Positions 12,170 to 24,056 are shown, numbered from the whole stretch's first letter. The stretch is 59,207 nt of DNA, filler included, from an uncultured virus (IMG/VR IMGVR_UViG_2049941000_000702) (19 parts of one record of this genome joined end to end with filler, not necessarily neighbours in it); one strand, 5' to 3'. The notes: generated from the letters alone by a model not told the origin. Made by a program: numbers and translations.

Positions 12170-13043
12170 CCCGCCGCTGAAATCCCGCTGCCGGATCATG
12201 TCCTGAACCCGGTCGAAGATTTCAGGCTCAATGATGGCATCGTGGTTGTTCTCCACATAGTACTGCGGGACTTCTCCGTGATTGGGCACCTGTTTCTTCG
12301 TCAGGAAATCCGGAGTGTAGGTCTTCTGGAGCAGGGCGCAGCCTTTGTACTTCTCGTTCGTCAGGATACTCCTGACCGTTGTCTGGCTCCATTTGTCCTT
12401 CCCGCGAGGAGTCTTGATGCCCATGCTGGTCAGTTTCTCTGCAATGGCATTGCAGGACAGCCCCGTGAGGAATTCGCCGAAGATCAGCCTGATGATCTTC
12501 GCCTGCTCCTGATTCACGACCAGATTCCCGTCTTCGCCTTTGTCATACCCAATGAAGTTGCTGTAGGCAACACTGACCTTGCCGTCCGCCATCCGTTTCC
12601 TGTGGCCCCATGTCACGTTTTCAGAAATGCTCCGGCTCTCTTCCTGGGCCAGGCTGCTCATGATGGTTATCAGCAGCTCCCCTTTGCTGTCGAATGTCCA
12701 TATATTTTCCTTCTCGAAATATACCTCAGTGCCGTGCTCTTTGAGCATACGGATTGTTGAAAGACTGTCCACCGTGTTCCTAGCGAAACGGCTGACGCTC
12801 TTCGTGATGATCAGGTCGATCTTACCCGCGAGTGCGTCTGCGATCATGGACTGGAAGCCTTCCCGTTTTTTCGTACTGGTACCCGTCACGCCCTCGTCCG
12901 AGTACATGCCCGCGAACTCCCAGTTCTCATTCCCCTGAATAAGATTGGTGTAATAATCCAGCTGTGCCTCATAACTGGTCTGCTGCTCGTCATGATCCGT
13001 CGACACGCGCGCATACCCGGCGACCTTCCGCTTACTCTGGGCG
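12170..13043 (-). CDS. Large serine recombinase / integrase (partial)
   Basis: VAGYARVSTD, ITKSVSRFARN, LAQEESRSISENV and recombinase domain ILTNEKYKG. Confidence 0.95.
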
Positions 13044-13143
13044 NNNNNNNNNNNNNNNNNNNNNNNNNNNNNNNNNNNNNNNNNNNNTTAATTAATTAAN
13101 NNNNNNNNNNNNNNNNNNNNNNNNNNNNNNNNNNNNNNNNNNN

Positions 13144-13535
13144 ATACGCCTTATTTCGCAGTAGCTGTCACGTATATTCACCTTGCTTGTGTCCATGTAC
13201 GACGACAGGCTTACCCAGCCGGTGTCGTAATCCCTGCCGTTCAGCTTGCTTATGGACGCCAGTTCCGTGGGGTACGCCACCTGAAACAGGGGCTGCTCAC
13301 GTGTGCCGGTGGACCGCATGCCTACTGCCACGCCAGTAGCCTCTATGTTGAATATGCCGCCCGCCTTGGGCACGCTTATCACCTGGGTAAGCGTAGTGAA
13401 CACGTCGGTAAGCTGTACGGTGAACTCATATGCCGACAGATTGGAATAAGAGCCGGTTATGACCGTGCGGTCATGCTCGTACTGTACTGAAGCGACTGAC
13501 GAGTCCGTCACCGCCGCTATGGACGTCCCGCCTGT
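13144..13535 (-). CDS. Tail fibre variant 2 (fragment)
   Basis: PKAGGIFNIEATGVAVGMRSTGT followed by a distinct C-terminus. Confidence 0.75.
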
Positions 13536-13545
13536 NNNNNNNNNN

Positions 13546-14275
13546 ACCCGTGCTGGTGCGCCTGCAGATTATATTCCCCAGCTGCAGCTGGTCCATTAGT
13601 CCCTTGCCTTCCGAGAACGAGGCTATCTCCCTGTCGTTCTGGTATATGTGGTAGCCCACGTCGTCTGTGAGCGTGTAGTATATGCTCCCGCTCATCTGTA
13701 CCTTTAACCCTTCAGAGGTAAAGGTCATCGCGGAGAGTATCTCGCTGTGGTCCTCTATGGTGGCCTGAAGACCCCCGGAGAACACGTCCAGCTGCGTGCT
13801 TAATCCGGATACCGCGCTGTCCAGCCGCTGTATGCCAAGGGTGTCCAGGTCAGCCTTGTCGGAAGCGTCGTCGGCGGTGTTCTGCGCTTCGCTCGCCTGC
13901 GCTGCCGCCCCGGTCGCTGTGGACTGCGCCGCCTGGGCCCTGTTGTACGCCTCCTTCGCCGCTTCATAGGATGAAGAAAGGGACACGGAGGAATAGCTCC
14001 ATGTCCCGTCGGAGNNNNNNNNNNACTCTGTTGTATCTCCAGGGTATAAGTGAACGAGGCCATGTTATTCGCGCTTATTGACTTGCTGCTGGTATACGTC
14101 GCACCGTCGCCTAATGAACCGGGTCGTATCTGAGTGGTCACCCTGTTAATGGCTACGCTGGGTCTCGCAGTTATGCCCAGGCTCATGGTCTCACTGTAAG
14201 CCAGTGAGTTGCGGTATATGGAGTACACCGCCGAGCCGGCGTTGCCTACTGTAGCAGTGCCTGTTATGTCTCCCG
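13546..14275 (-). CDS. Tail-associated protein fragments
   Basis: Coiled segment plus MTFTSEGLKVQ...YYTLTDDVGYHIY...IASFS, typical of siphovirus minor tail proteins. Confidence 0.55.
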
Positions 14276-14399
14276 NNNNNNNNNNCCTGTCTTGCCGTGA
14301 TCATAATGGTGCCTCCTGTGTCTGTTAAAATAGTGAAGTGTGTTTATGCGACATACAAAGGTAGTGTGTATGTTTGTGTGACGTTCCATTATATGGGTA

Positions 14400-14964
14400 T
14401 TATACCGGATACATGCCGTCTATCCTCATGTAGTAACCGGTGCCGATCGTGCTGCCGGTGCGGTTCCTGACCTGCGCGATGCCCGTGGTGTTTACCCTCA
14501 GCCACATGCCCGCGCTGTCCGCTGCCAGTGGCANNNNNNNNNNTACGGCGTTGGACGTGTTGATGTAGGATGACATGTCGACCCAGCCCGTGTCNNNNNN
14601 NNNNCTGCACTGCCGGCCTGAACTCTTCTGGCAGCGCCTTCGTCACCGCCAGGTAACTGCTATGGTCCAGTGACGCCTTGGGCTTGAGCGCTCCGCAGAA
14701 GAACACCAGGCTGCCTATGCGCCTTATATACGGCGTCACGTTTATCACGGCGTTGGACGTGTTGATGTAGGATGACATGTCGACCCAGCCCGTGTCGAAT
14801 ACCTTTCCGCCCAGTTTGCTTACGCTGCCTATCGTCACGCTGCCCAGTTCCGTGGGGTACGCCACCTGGAACAGCGGCGTTTCCCGCGTGCCCGTAGAGC
14901 GCATGCCCACAGCTACGCCAGTAGCCTCTATGTTGAATATGCCGCCCGCCTTGGGCACGCTTAT
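14400..14964 (-). CDS. Tail fibre variant 3, C-terminal part (gapped)
   Basis: Conserved block then DTGW...IRRIGSLVFF...LPEEFRP...YMRIDGMYPV*. Confidence 0.75.
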
Positions 14965-15064
14965 NNNNNNNNNNNNNNNNNNNNNNNNNNNNNNNNNNNN
15001 NNNNNNNNTTAATTAATTAANNNNNNNNNNNNNNNNNNNNNNNNNNNNNNNNNNNNNNNNNNNN

Positions 15065-16381
15065 AAGCTACTGCATCTTGCGAATGCGCCCATGCCAATC
15101 CTAACTACCCCATTAGGGATTATTACAGATGTCAATCCTTCACACCATTCAAATGCTCCAGAGCCAATTTCAGTGATACTGTTGGGGATAGTAAACGTAC
15201 TAAATGCATCGCAGTGAGAAAATGCATATGCGCCAATACTTGTAACACTTTTTGGAATCGTTATATTACATAAACTTTTGCAATATGAAAACATGCTATC
15301 GCCTATACTCGCTAATCCATTTTGAATCGTCACAGAGGCGAGGCTCTCACAATGCGAGAAAAGATTCTCTCCCATCCTCGTTATATTGGCCGGAATCGTG
15401 ATATTCGTTATGCTACTGCATTCATAAAACGCTTCTTTGCCTATTTCTTCTATACTTTCTGGCAATGAAATATAGTCCAAACTGCTGCATCCACAAAAGG
15501 CATCTTCGCCAATACTAAGTAAGCCATTTTGTATTATAACACTCTTCAACCCAATACAATGGGCAAAACACCAATCACCTAGTTTCAGTACATTACCAGG
15601 GATTGTAATTGCGGCCAAATTCTCGCATTCCCAAAAAGCATAGTTCCCTATACTCGTTACGCTATTGGGTATTACTATACTGGTTAGGTTCTTACACTCA
15701 TCAAATGTGAATTGTTTAATGTTCTCCACTCCATATGGAATCTCAACTGTCGATAAACTATGACATGCATGGAATAAACCAAAGCCTATGCTTGTTACGC
15801 TCTTAGGGATCTTCACATCAGTCAAACTGTAACAATCTGAAAAAGCCACATCGCCTATACTTATTACACCATATGGTAAATCAACGCTTACTAAGTTCTC
15901 ACACTTGTAGAACGTCCATGAGCCAATATTCGTTACACCATTTGGTATTATAACACTGGTTATACTACAACAATTTGAAAACGCTTTTTCGCCTATACTT
16001 GTTACCCTTTTCCCATCTAGTTGAGCGGGAATCTCAACAATCTTGTCATCACCCTTGTACTGTGTAATCTCAATTGTATCATCAGTTAGCAAAAAGTAAT
16101 CCCATTTCTCATTTGAATAATACGGATATGAATATGCTAGACCATTCGCTTGANNNNNNNNNNTTATAAAATGCTTCCTTACCGATGCTTGTTACTTTTT
16201 TCCCATCCAGTTGGGAAGGTATTTCAACCGTGCCATCTTTTCCAATGTATTGTGTAATCTCGGCAGTGCCGTTGTCAAGCACATGGTATTTAAAGTCGCC
16301 ACTGTGCTTTGTTTCGTCAGCAAGGGCTATAAAAGCTAGCAGGAGCACAAACGCCAGCGTAACTGTAGCAAAACGTTTCAT
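15065..16381 (-). CDS. Secreted BspA-type leucine-rich repeat protein (gapped), cargo
   Basis: Signal peptide MKRFATVTLAFVLLLAFIALA; many 23-aa IPxSVTSIGxxAFxxCxxL repeats. Confidence 0.9.
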
Positions 16382-16420
16382 GAGTATCTCAACCTCCTTA
16401 CTGACCGATTATATAATTAG

Positions 16421-16449
16421 ATTGTAGCATAGATTATGGTACTTGTCAC
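16421..16449 (-). promoter_or_regulatory. SigA-type promoter of LRR cargo gene
   Basis: GTGACA-17 nt-TACAAT with extended TG; AAGGAGG RBS downstream. Confidence 0.6.
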
Positions 16450-16482
16450 CAGTTTTTCATTTAATAAGTGCATCCATCGGTA

Positions 16483-17915
16483 TCAGTCCGTAATCAGCTC
16501 GCACATGAACGTGACTTTCACGTCTACATCGCTTGGCGAGAGCGTCAGGCAGAACCCGTCCTGCGATAACCGGGAATCTGAAGCTGAGATTATCCCGAAC
16601 GTACTGTCGTTCAGCCGCTGCCATTTCCACTGCAGGTAAGCGCCTGCTCCGAGCGCCGAGCGCAGCGCCGTTATATCCGTTATACGCTGTGAGCCGTGGT
16701 ATATGACCGCCGTCAGTACCGTGGCCACGGCGTTGTTTTTGAACACCGTACCTCTCGACGAGTCTATCCTGAGCACCGTGGCGTCCTGCCCGCTGGCACC
16801 GGATAAACAGGTGGGATCGCTCTCGTCCTCGCTCCCGTCTGCGTACGCGGTCAACGTCTTCTGCCACATGTACTTCCCGTCCTCCCATGCCGGAGCGGTG
16901 GCCGACCAGCCGCTTACAGGCGTGGTCGTTGGCGATAAGGATAACGCGTACAGCACAGTCACGGAAGCGACCGAAGTCTGTTTCAGTTCGTCTATGTCGT
17001 CGTTTATTGCCTGGACTCTTAAGTTGATACCCCTGTTGGAGGACAGGTCCAGCTGCTCCCCGAAGTTCGCGGCGACATGGGAAGTGGTTATAGCCCCGGC
17101 CTTTATGCTGCTGCCCTCAATTGTGTTCGCCGCTATCCTGTCGCCGGTTATTGACCCTGCCAAAATCTCATTTGCCGTAATAGTGGCTGCGGCTATCTGC
17201 TCCGCCGTGACCGACCTGGCTACCAGCACAGTGCCTGACAGCTGCTGTTTGTACTTGTCCTGAGTCAGTTCCTGAGCGGTGAGCGTGCCGCTTTGGGCGT
17301 TTATCTCGTATACCAGTCCGTCGTTCCCGGTTATTATGAGCCTTTCGGTAGCTAATGTACCTGACTGTATGACGTCCGCGTTCAGTGAGACTATCTTGCC
17401 TTCTGTTATACTCGCGTCGGCTATCTGCGCCGTGCCTACCGCGCCCTGCTGTATAAGAGCCGAGGTTATGGCTCCCAAAGCGATCTGAGCGGTATCCACG
17501 GCGAGGTTGGCTATCTTCGCGTTCGTGATAGCGCCGTCGGCTATCTTGGCCGCGTTTACCGCCAGGTCGTCTATCTGTCCGGTGCCGACAGCGAGATTCG
17601 CTATCTTCGCCCTCGNNNNNNNNNNTTGCAGCGTCGGCTATTTTGGCAGAGGACACCGCCGCGTCCTTTATCTTCGCGCCTTCGATAGTCGCGTCGACTA
17701 TCTTGGCGTTGTCGATACTTGCATTCTGGATCTTAGCGTTAGTAACAGCTTCATCGGCGATCTTAGCGCTAGTAACTGCGAGGTCGGCTATATGCGCGGT
17801 AGCTATCGCCGCTTCCTGTATATGAGCGGTCTCTATGGCGGCCACGTCTATGTTCGCGCTCTTTACCGCCCCGTCCTGTAACGCACCAGTGCCTACAGAG
17901 TTTATGGCCAGCTTG
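16483..17915 (-). CDS. Large tail protein C-terminal part, variant 2 (gapped)
   Basis: AKIADAA decapeptide repeats; ends KVTFMCELITD*. Confidence 0.85.
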
Positions 17916-17925
17916 NNNNNNNNNN

Positions 17926-18091
17926 GTTAATCCTTCTGGGATAATTAATGAGGACAGGCTACCGCATTGTGAGAATGCCCAACTTCCTATCTTTGCTACA
18001 CCTTCATGTATAATGACGGAAGACAGTTTTCGGCAAACGGAAAAAGCCATGTCTCCAATGATCGTTACACTTCCTGGAATCGTTATAGACG
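17926..18091 (-). CDS. BspA-type LRR fragment
   Basis: IPGSVTIIGDMAFSVCRKLSSVIIHEGV. Confidence 0.75.
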
Positions 18092-18191
18092 NNNNNNNNN
18101 NNNNNNNNNNNNNNNNNNNNNNNNNNNNNNNNNNNTTAATTAATTAANNNNNNNNNNNNNNNNNNNNNNNNNNNNNNNNNNNNNNNNNNNN

Positions 18192-19226
18192 CTCTCCGGT
18201 AGGCATTATACGGGTGACTACATTGGTGGTATCCACGTCGTAGGACACGCTCTTAAGATTCTTGCCCTCGCGTATCTCGATGTCCGTATCCTCTCCGACG
18301 CGCTCCACCACGTATACGTCGTACCAATCCCTTGTAAGCTCGCCGCCGTATACGGATATGAACCCCTCGTCGCCCAGTATGGCGTCAATGGGGTTCTTAT
18401 GCGTTACAGAGAACTCGTCGGACTGAGTGGTTATGTCCGAGTGGAACGAGAACTCGGTATCCGTCCGGCACGCGGCGCCTATTCCGTCCAGGGCTTCGGC
18501 AGCCCTGTCATTCGCACCGGGCTTATATGACTTTATGAAGTTGTCCAGCAGGTCATAAAAGATATGTCTTGCGTATACCGTCACCTTATTCAGCTCGGGC
18601 ACTACCCTGTATATACGAAACAGCTGTTCCCTTAACTGCCTGCTCTCGACCACTTCGCCCACTATGGTCCTTATCTCCGTGGAGTGGTACACGTTGCTGG
18701 CGCACCATGCGGGGATATATCCTGTCACTCCGTCATAAGTCGTGACCTTATACCATGTGGACACGGAGCGTGTGGTGCCCTGGGCGGGTGCGCCTGATGG
18801 ATATGTGGACGTAGAGTAGGAATAGCTTTCCCCGGTAGCGGTGGTAGTTATGGTGACTACATATATCGATCCCAGCACGGCGCAGCGGTGTCCGGAGTAA
18901 TATGTGCCTATTATCTTATAATTGAACCCGGCCTGTATCCTGACCTGGGCGGTCTGGGTTATCCTCCACACGCCACGGGAGGTCTTGTCCAGCTTTATCC
19001 GCTGGTCCGGAAGCTTGACGTACGGCGTCATGGCTTCAGGCACGGGCACCCGCAGTATGCAGCCCACACTGAGCCTGATCCACTTGCCCGCTTCGTCGAT
19101 CGGGTGCTCCAGCGTGACCTCATACCCGCCGTTCAGGGTCTCAGTCACGGTACAGGACGACGGCGTGAGAGTGCCCGCGCCATTGGTGCTGAAGTCCGTA
19201 CAGTCGGGCGGATATATGCAGATCAA
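18192..19226 (-). CDS. Tail spike / Tal-like (prophage endopeptidase tail family) N-terminal part with SH3-like insert
   Basis: MICIYPPDCTDFSTNGAG.L.P..C.V.E.LNG.YE..LEHP, QLFRIYRV, VYARHIFYDL, IREGKNL; GGAGG RBS. Confidence 0.85.
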
Positions 19227-19254
19227 GTCGGTTCACCTCCAATCTTGAGCATAA

Positions 19255-19280
19255 TAAAAGCACCGCTTGATTGCGATGCT
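19255..19280 (-). terminator. Intrinsic terminator closing the cargo slot before Tal
   Basis: AAGCATCGC-AATCAA-GCGGTGCTTTT hairpin plus U tract. Confidence 0.6.
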
Positions 19281-19350
19281 TGAGATCAGGTCCCTGAGCG
19301 GCGGCTTATCTTTGGGCACTACATGCTTGTACATGGTGGAGGAGCGCCGG

Positions 19351-19581
19351 CTATCTCAGATTATGGTAGTAATTCATCGGTTCGACTCCGAACAGATCGA
19401 ACAGAGTCTGGTTCGTATCATGTTTATCGTCACCGTGACTTGGGTCATAGTTGAAGAAGTAGCCGTTTATAAAGAACTGGCAGCAACTGTCAGTCGCGGG
19501 ATAAAGCTCATACCGAACGCCTTCGGAATCATTAATGATCAGNNNNNNNNNNGCTGACAGCAAAACGAAAGCCTTTTTCAT
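19351..19581 (-). CDS. Putative exported cargo protein (gapped)
   Basis: MKKAFVLLS start with GAGGTG RBS; the two halves are separated by a gap. Confidence 0.45.
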   Translation of the reverse strand: MKKAFVLLSXXXXLIINDSEGVRYELYPATDSCCQFFINGYFFNYDPSHGDDKHDTNQTLFDLFGVEPMNYYHNLR

Positions 19582-19620
19582 ATGAAAGCACCTCGCGTCT
19601 TTTCTTAATTCGACGCAGAG

Positions 19621-19839
19621 TCAACGAATATGTTCCGGCTTGCGAACGCATTGGCCGGATGGGGATTTTCGCGGCGGTCTAACACGCCTGAATTTTAAAG
19701 CTCTCTCGGGCGTTGTTTCGGGTCAGTTTTCATCAAATGTGATCGGCATTTTCCTCGCCTTGTCCAGCCGCTCCATTTCCTCTTCGGTAAAGGGTAATTC
19801 CTTCTTTATCGTCTCATGAAGATCAGTCATATTTACCAT
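19621..19839 (-). pseudogene. BrnA-antitoxin-like small protein with internal TGA
   Basis: FTEEEMERLDKARKMPITFDEN*PETTPERALKFRRVRPPR; the recognisable motif continues past TGA at 19723-19725. Confidence 0.55.
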
Positions 19840-19890
19840 AATACAGCCCCATTTCAAAGTTGGTAGCCATGATTCTTTGTCAGGTAGCTC

Positions 19891-19919
19891 TTGCAATTTA
19901 CCCAAAACTGTAATATACT
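19891..19919 (+). promoter_or_regulatory. SigA promoter of candidate sRNA copy 1
   Basis: TTGCAA-17 nt-TATACT. Confidence 0.75.
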
Positions 19920-19926
19920 GATTGAT

Positions 19927-20004
19927 GAGGTGCCAACTCGCCGCGTGACTGCGGGATACAAATCGTCAGCGAAACCGGCTCAGGACAGTCCTCCAGCCGG
20001 TTTT
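19927..20004 (+). ncRNA. Candidate small structured RNA (H-type pseudoknot plus terminator)
   Basis: Starts 8 nt after the -10; first 38 nt identical to 31290-31327; CCGC/GCGG stem, loop UGAC pairs with GUCA; ends in AAACCGGCU...AGCCGGUUUU hairpin. Confidence 0.65.
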
Positions 20005-20013
20005 ATCTTATCA

Positions 20014-20719
20014 TCATAGCGCTACCCATCTGGGCTTTATCATCACAGACGTCACGTTCCCGCCCGTCCAGCTGACGGCCGTGTTGCCCGCGCCCAGCAC
20101 CGGGAACTCGCCAGTCATTTGTGTGTTTTTAAGCTCATTCCCATAATAAGCCTCCTGCAGCTCGCTGTCAAGCGTTATGCCGCTTTCTATACCCGTCAGC
20201 TGTATTATCTTCGTGCCCACGAGCAGGGTTATGTCCCCGCTGCCGGTGATCGTGATCAGTGGTTTAGCCTGTATGCCGGTGGGATTTAGCAGGAACGAAC
20301 CACTCGTTATCTCCTGCTCCTCTTCCCCACTGTACAGCCGCAGGAACGGCTTGCAGCGGAAGCTCACGGTGAACGTACGGGGTGTGTTTCCCCGCAGGAT
20401 CTTAGTGAACGGTATCTGGTTTATCACCCGTGCCTCGTAGTATCCGTCCGGCCTGCTGGGCAGTTCCAGCCTGCCACTGCCCCGGAAATACGCGGCTATC
20501 TCCGCCACCGCCGACGGAGTCGGATCGGGGCAGTAGCACTTGACTGCCAGAGTGATGTCTTTATATACGTCCGTTCCCTCAGTCTGAGTGAGCGAACCGC
20601 TCTGCCCGGGCACGTCAGTGAACGTCACCCGTTCCTCAGGCAGTACTATCTCCGGCAGCTCGGTTACGGTTATATCTATCGTCCGGCTGCTTATCCCTTT
20701 CCAGATTATGTAGTCCTTC
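20014..20719 (-). CDS. Distal tail protein (Dit)-like, variant 2 (complete)
   Basis: MKDYIIWKGISS...PRWVAL*; a third partial copy lies at 33672-33882. Confidence 0.88.
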
Positions 20720-20800
20720 ATCATCCAGCTCCCATGAGACCAGGTACTGTCCGGTCTCCCGTATGAGTTTCGCCCTGAATACCGCAACGCNNNNNNNNNN

Positions 20801-21352
20801 AGATACGAAATTATCACCAGACCGAATGATTTTGGTTTCATCCGCGTCGTTTGAACAAGTTATAAATAGCATATCCCACACCCTCGAGAATGCGAGTTTT
20901 ATGTGTCTATTATTGTTTGTAGCCCTTAACCGCATTACGCCCTCGATCGCGTTATCCAAGAGATTGCTCAGCAGCACGCAAAACTGATCTTCCGGAATTG
21001 GCAGCGGCTTAAGCGGGTATTCCACAAATTCAAATCTGATCCCCGCATTCTCCATCGCTGTTGCTTTGCTCTTAATGATCGCATCAACAGTAATACAACC
21101 CGTAAAGTATAGCCTGTTATCGTGTGGTTGATTAAGCAAAGTAAGAGCCGCATCCTTGGTGTCATTAGTCAAATCACCTGACGATAGCAGTTCTTCAACC
21201 GCAGTGACACGATGCTGGAGATCATGCTGTTGTCTCAGCATCTCCCTGTAAATATTCTCAAGTTCCTCCTGATGCTCATGTGTCATCTGAAGAGTGCGAG
21301 CTTCCAGCTCATCGATTCGTCTTTTTTCAGCTATTGTTGTCAAGTACTCGTA
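20801..21352 (-). CDS. GHKL-domain sensor histidine kinase (fragment)
   Basis: LRQQHDLQH (H box) and LLSNLLDNAIEG (N box). Confidence 0.85.
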
Positions 21353-21452
21353 NNNNNNNNNNNNNNNNNNNNNNNNNNNNNNNNNNNNNNNNNNNNTTAA
21401 TTAATTAANNNNNNNNNNNNNNNNNNNNNNNNNNNNNNNNNNNNNNNNNNNN

Positions 21453-22069
21453 GCTGTCGAGACTGGATACGTACCGGCTTATGGCCACGTTCCTCATTAC
21501 GGGCGGAGTATATGCCAGAGCTGTTATGCTTCCGGTATACGTGCCCGTTATGCCGTAACTGTCGGTAACGGATATCGTATAACTGTTGCTGCCCGCCTGA
21601 GTAAACGCTTCCAAAGTGCCGCTGTTGCCGCCAAGGGTATACGTCTTTCCGTTAACGCTCACCGCACGCGACTCGCAGCCGATGTTGGCGTCGGCATCCG
21701 TGTCGAGCGTTATGCTGAAGCTAATGGTGGGCACCGTCTTTCCGGCTATGACGTTCCCGTACAGGCTTAAATGGTTCGTACCGTTCTCACCCCATGCAAC
21801 TCCGNNNNNNNNNNGGTTTCCCTTGTGCCCGTAGAGCGCATGCCAACCGCCACGCCCGTGGCTTCTATGTTGAATATGCCGCCCGCCTTGGGAACGCTTA
21901 TCACCTGGGTAAGGGTAGTGAACGCGTCGGTAAGCTGTACGGTAAACTCATATGTCGACAGATTGGAGTACGAGCCCGTTATGACCGTACGGTCGTGCTC
22001 ATATACAACTGACGCAACAGACGAGTCCGTCACCGCCGCTATGGCCGTCCCGCCTGTCGGGGTTATCGT
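21453..22069 (-). CDS. Tail fibre fragments (further variant)
   Basis: Homologous to 629-1702 and 13144-13535. Confidence 0.7.
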
Positions 22070-22169
22070 NNNNNNNNNNNNNNNNNNNNNNNNNNNNNNN
22101 NNNNNNNNNNNNNTTAATTAATTAANNNNNNNNNNNNNNNNNNNNNNNNNNNNNNNNNNNNNNNNNNNN

Positions 22170-22815
22170 GAATCCGGCCATACAGTCAGTATCAGTTCAT
22201 TTGAGCAATAATCAAATACTTTTAGTCCAATACTTGTAACTTGTTTTGGAAACGTGACGGACGCCAGATTGCTGCATGAGGAGAATGCACCTTCGCCTAT
22301 ACCAACCACGCTGTCGGCAATTGATACAGTAATTAATGAATCACAACAAGCAAATGCATAATCTCCGATTGTTTGTATGCCAGCTGGTATAGCATATTCT
22401 TGTGTTTGATCAGTACAAAGATATGAAACCAGCCTATAATCCCTTTTACTGATCAAGGCACCATCGATTAGCTCAAGACTCTTATGCTCAATCGAAATAT
22501 TGATGCCTTTCAAACTCTTGCAATAATAGAACGGATTTGCCCCTATATCAGTCACGCTGTCAGGGATTGATACTGAAATCAGGTTGTCGCATACGGAAAA
22601 TGCATAGTCGCCGATTACTCGTATTCCCTTCGGTATTGAATACTCAGTTTTTCCGCTACTGCAAGGATAACACACCAGTCGTTTATCTGGTTTGCTAAAC
22701 AGCACCCCATCTATCGTAGCAAGATATTCATTTTCTGGAGCCACATTAATATCTGTTAATGCATAGCAGTACTCGAAAGGATTGCTCCCCATGCTTTTTA
22801 TACTATTTGGGATCG
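22170..22815 (-). CDS. BspA-type LRR protein (fragment)
   Basis: IDGVLFSK..KRLVCYP and IPxGIxxIGDYAFxxC repeats. Confidence 0.85.
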
Positions 22816-22915
22816 NNNNNNNNNNNNNNNNNNNNNNNNNNNNNNNNNNNNNNNNNNNNTTAATTAATTAANNNNNNNNNNNNNNNNNNNNNNNNNNNNN
22901 NNNNNNNNNNNNNNN

Positions 22916-23603
22916 TTTCGCGTAACCGAACGGGCATCCGGACGGTTCGGATAATTTGGAGCGTCCAACGAGCTTTTGGAGTTTCTCCAGTTCGGCCTGA
23001 TCGCTCAGCACGATGGGCTCATGGGCTTTACCGGAATAGTACGGGCCATCGCACAATTCCGCGCTCACAATAGGTTTTACCTCGGAAGGATCAAACAGTT
23101 CAAACCCGTATCCGGAGAGCAGTTCCATGACCAGATCAACAAGCTCCTTGTCCTGCGCGAACCAGATGCCGAGTCCGTCGATCTCACCACGACGTATCCA
23201 GCCCCCGGTACGGAGGTCGGCGTTGAAACCGTTGTACGATATTGATATGCCTAATGAGACTTCTTTATAGTCAGGGAATGCCCGATCATCATGCGACCAG
23301 TCGATGAAATCAGTATTGGTAAGCAGATCCAGAAGCCGGTTCTGAGTGTCTTCATCGGGAACAAATTCCGCGTACCTGCCGCACGACTCCGGCGGAAAGC
23401 AGCCAATTGTCAAGGCCGCACCCTGNNNNNNNNNNAACTTCTTTATAATCAGGGAATGCCCGATCATCATGCGACCAGTCGATGAAATCAATATTGGTAA
23501 GCAGATTCAGAAGCCGGTTCTGAGTATCTTCATCAGGAACAAATTCCGCGTATCTGCCGCACGACTCCGGCGGAAAGCAGCCAATTGTCAAGGCCGCACC
23601 CTG
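22916..23603 (-). CDS. Hypothetical protein fragment plus SNP-variant duplicate
   Basis: Open frame ending PSGCPFGYAK; 23436-23603 repeats ~23258-23425 with substitutions. Confidence 0.45.
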
Positions 23604-23703
23604 NNNNNNNNNNNNNNNNNNNNNNNNNNNNNNNNNNNNNNNNNNNNTTAATTAATTAANNNNNNNNNNNNNNNNNNNNNNNNNNNNNNNNNNNNNNNNN
23701 NNN

Positions 23704-24046
23704 AGGCTTTCTTCGCTCCGTCCATGTCCAGGTCGGTGGCGATCTTCAGCACTTCCTCGGATAACGCGTCCCCGAACATGCTCCGTATTGGTTCCAGGTT
23801 CTTGTCCGTGTTCATGGACGAGAGCAGCGTGTTTATCTGCTCCAGCTGGGCGTACGCGGTCTCCAGGAATGATATATCCACTCCGGTAAGGCTGCTTATC
23901 TCACTATACCCGAGCCCCTGGTCCCTTAACGACTGTATCTGGGTGACCAGGCCGTAGAACTCGGTTATACTGCTCTCGTCCAGTCCGGATATGAAATCGT
24001 TCAGGTCTACCACGCTCTTCTGTCCGCCGGAGTACTGGGTGAGCAG
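23704..24046 (-). CDS. Tape measure protein fragment
   Basis: Continues the LLSDYSKGKTDVVD-type sequence seen at 35914-36425. Confidence 0.6.
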
Positions 24047-24056
24047 NNNNNNNNNN

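Noticed and set aside
19921..20004. Hammerhead-like look (UGAUGA...GAAA...GUU) in the candidate sRNA
   Set aside because: No C3, no proper stem I/II, and UGAUGA is absent in copy 2; the GAAA and UU come from the terminator flanks
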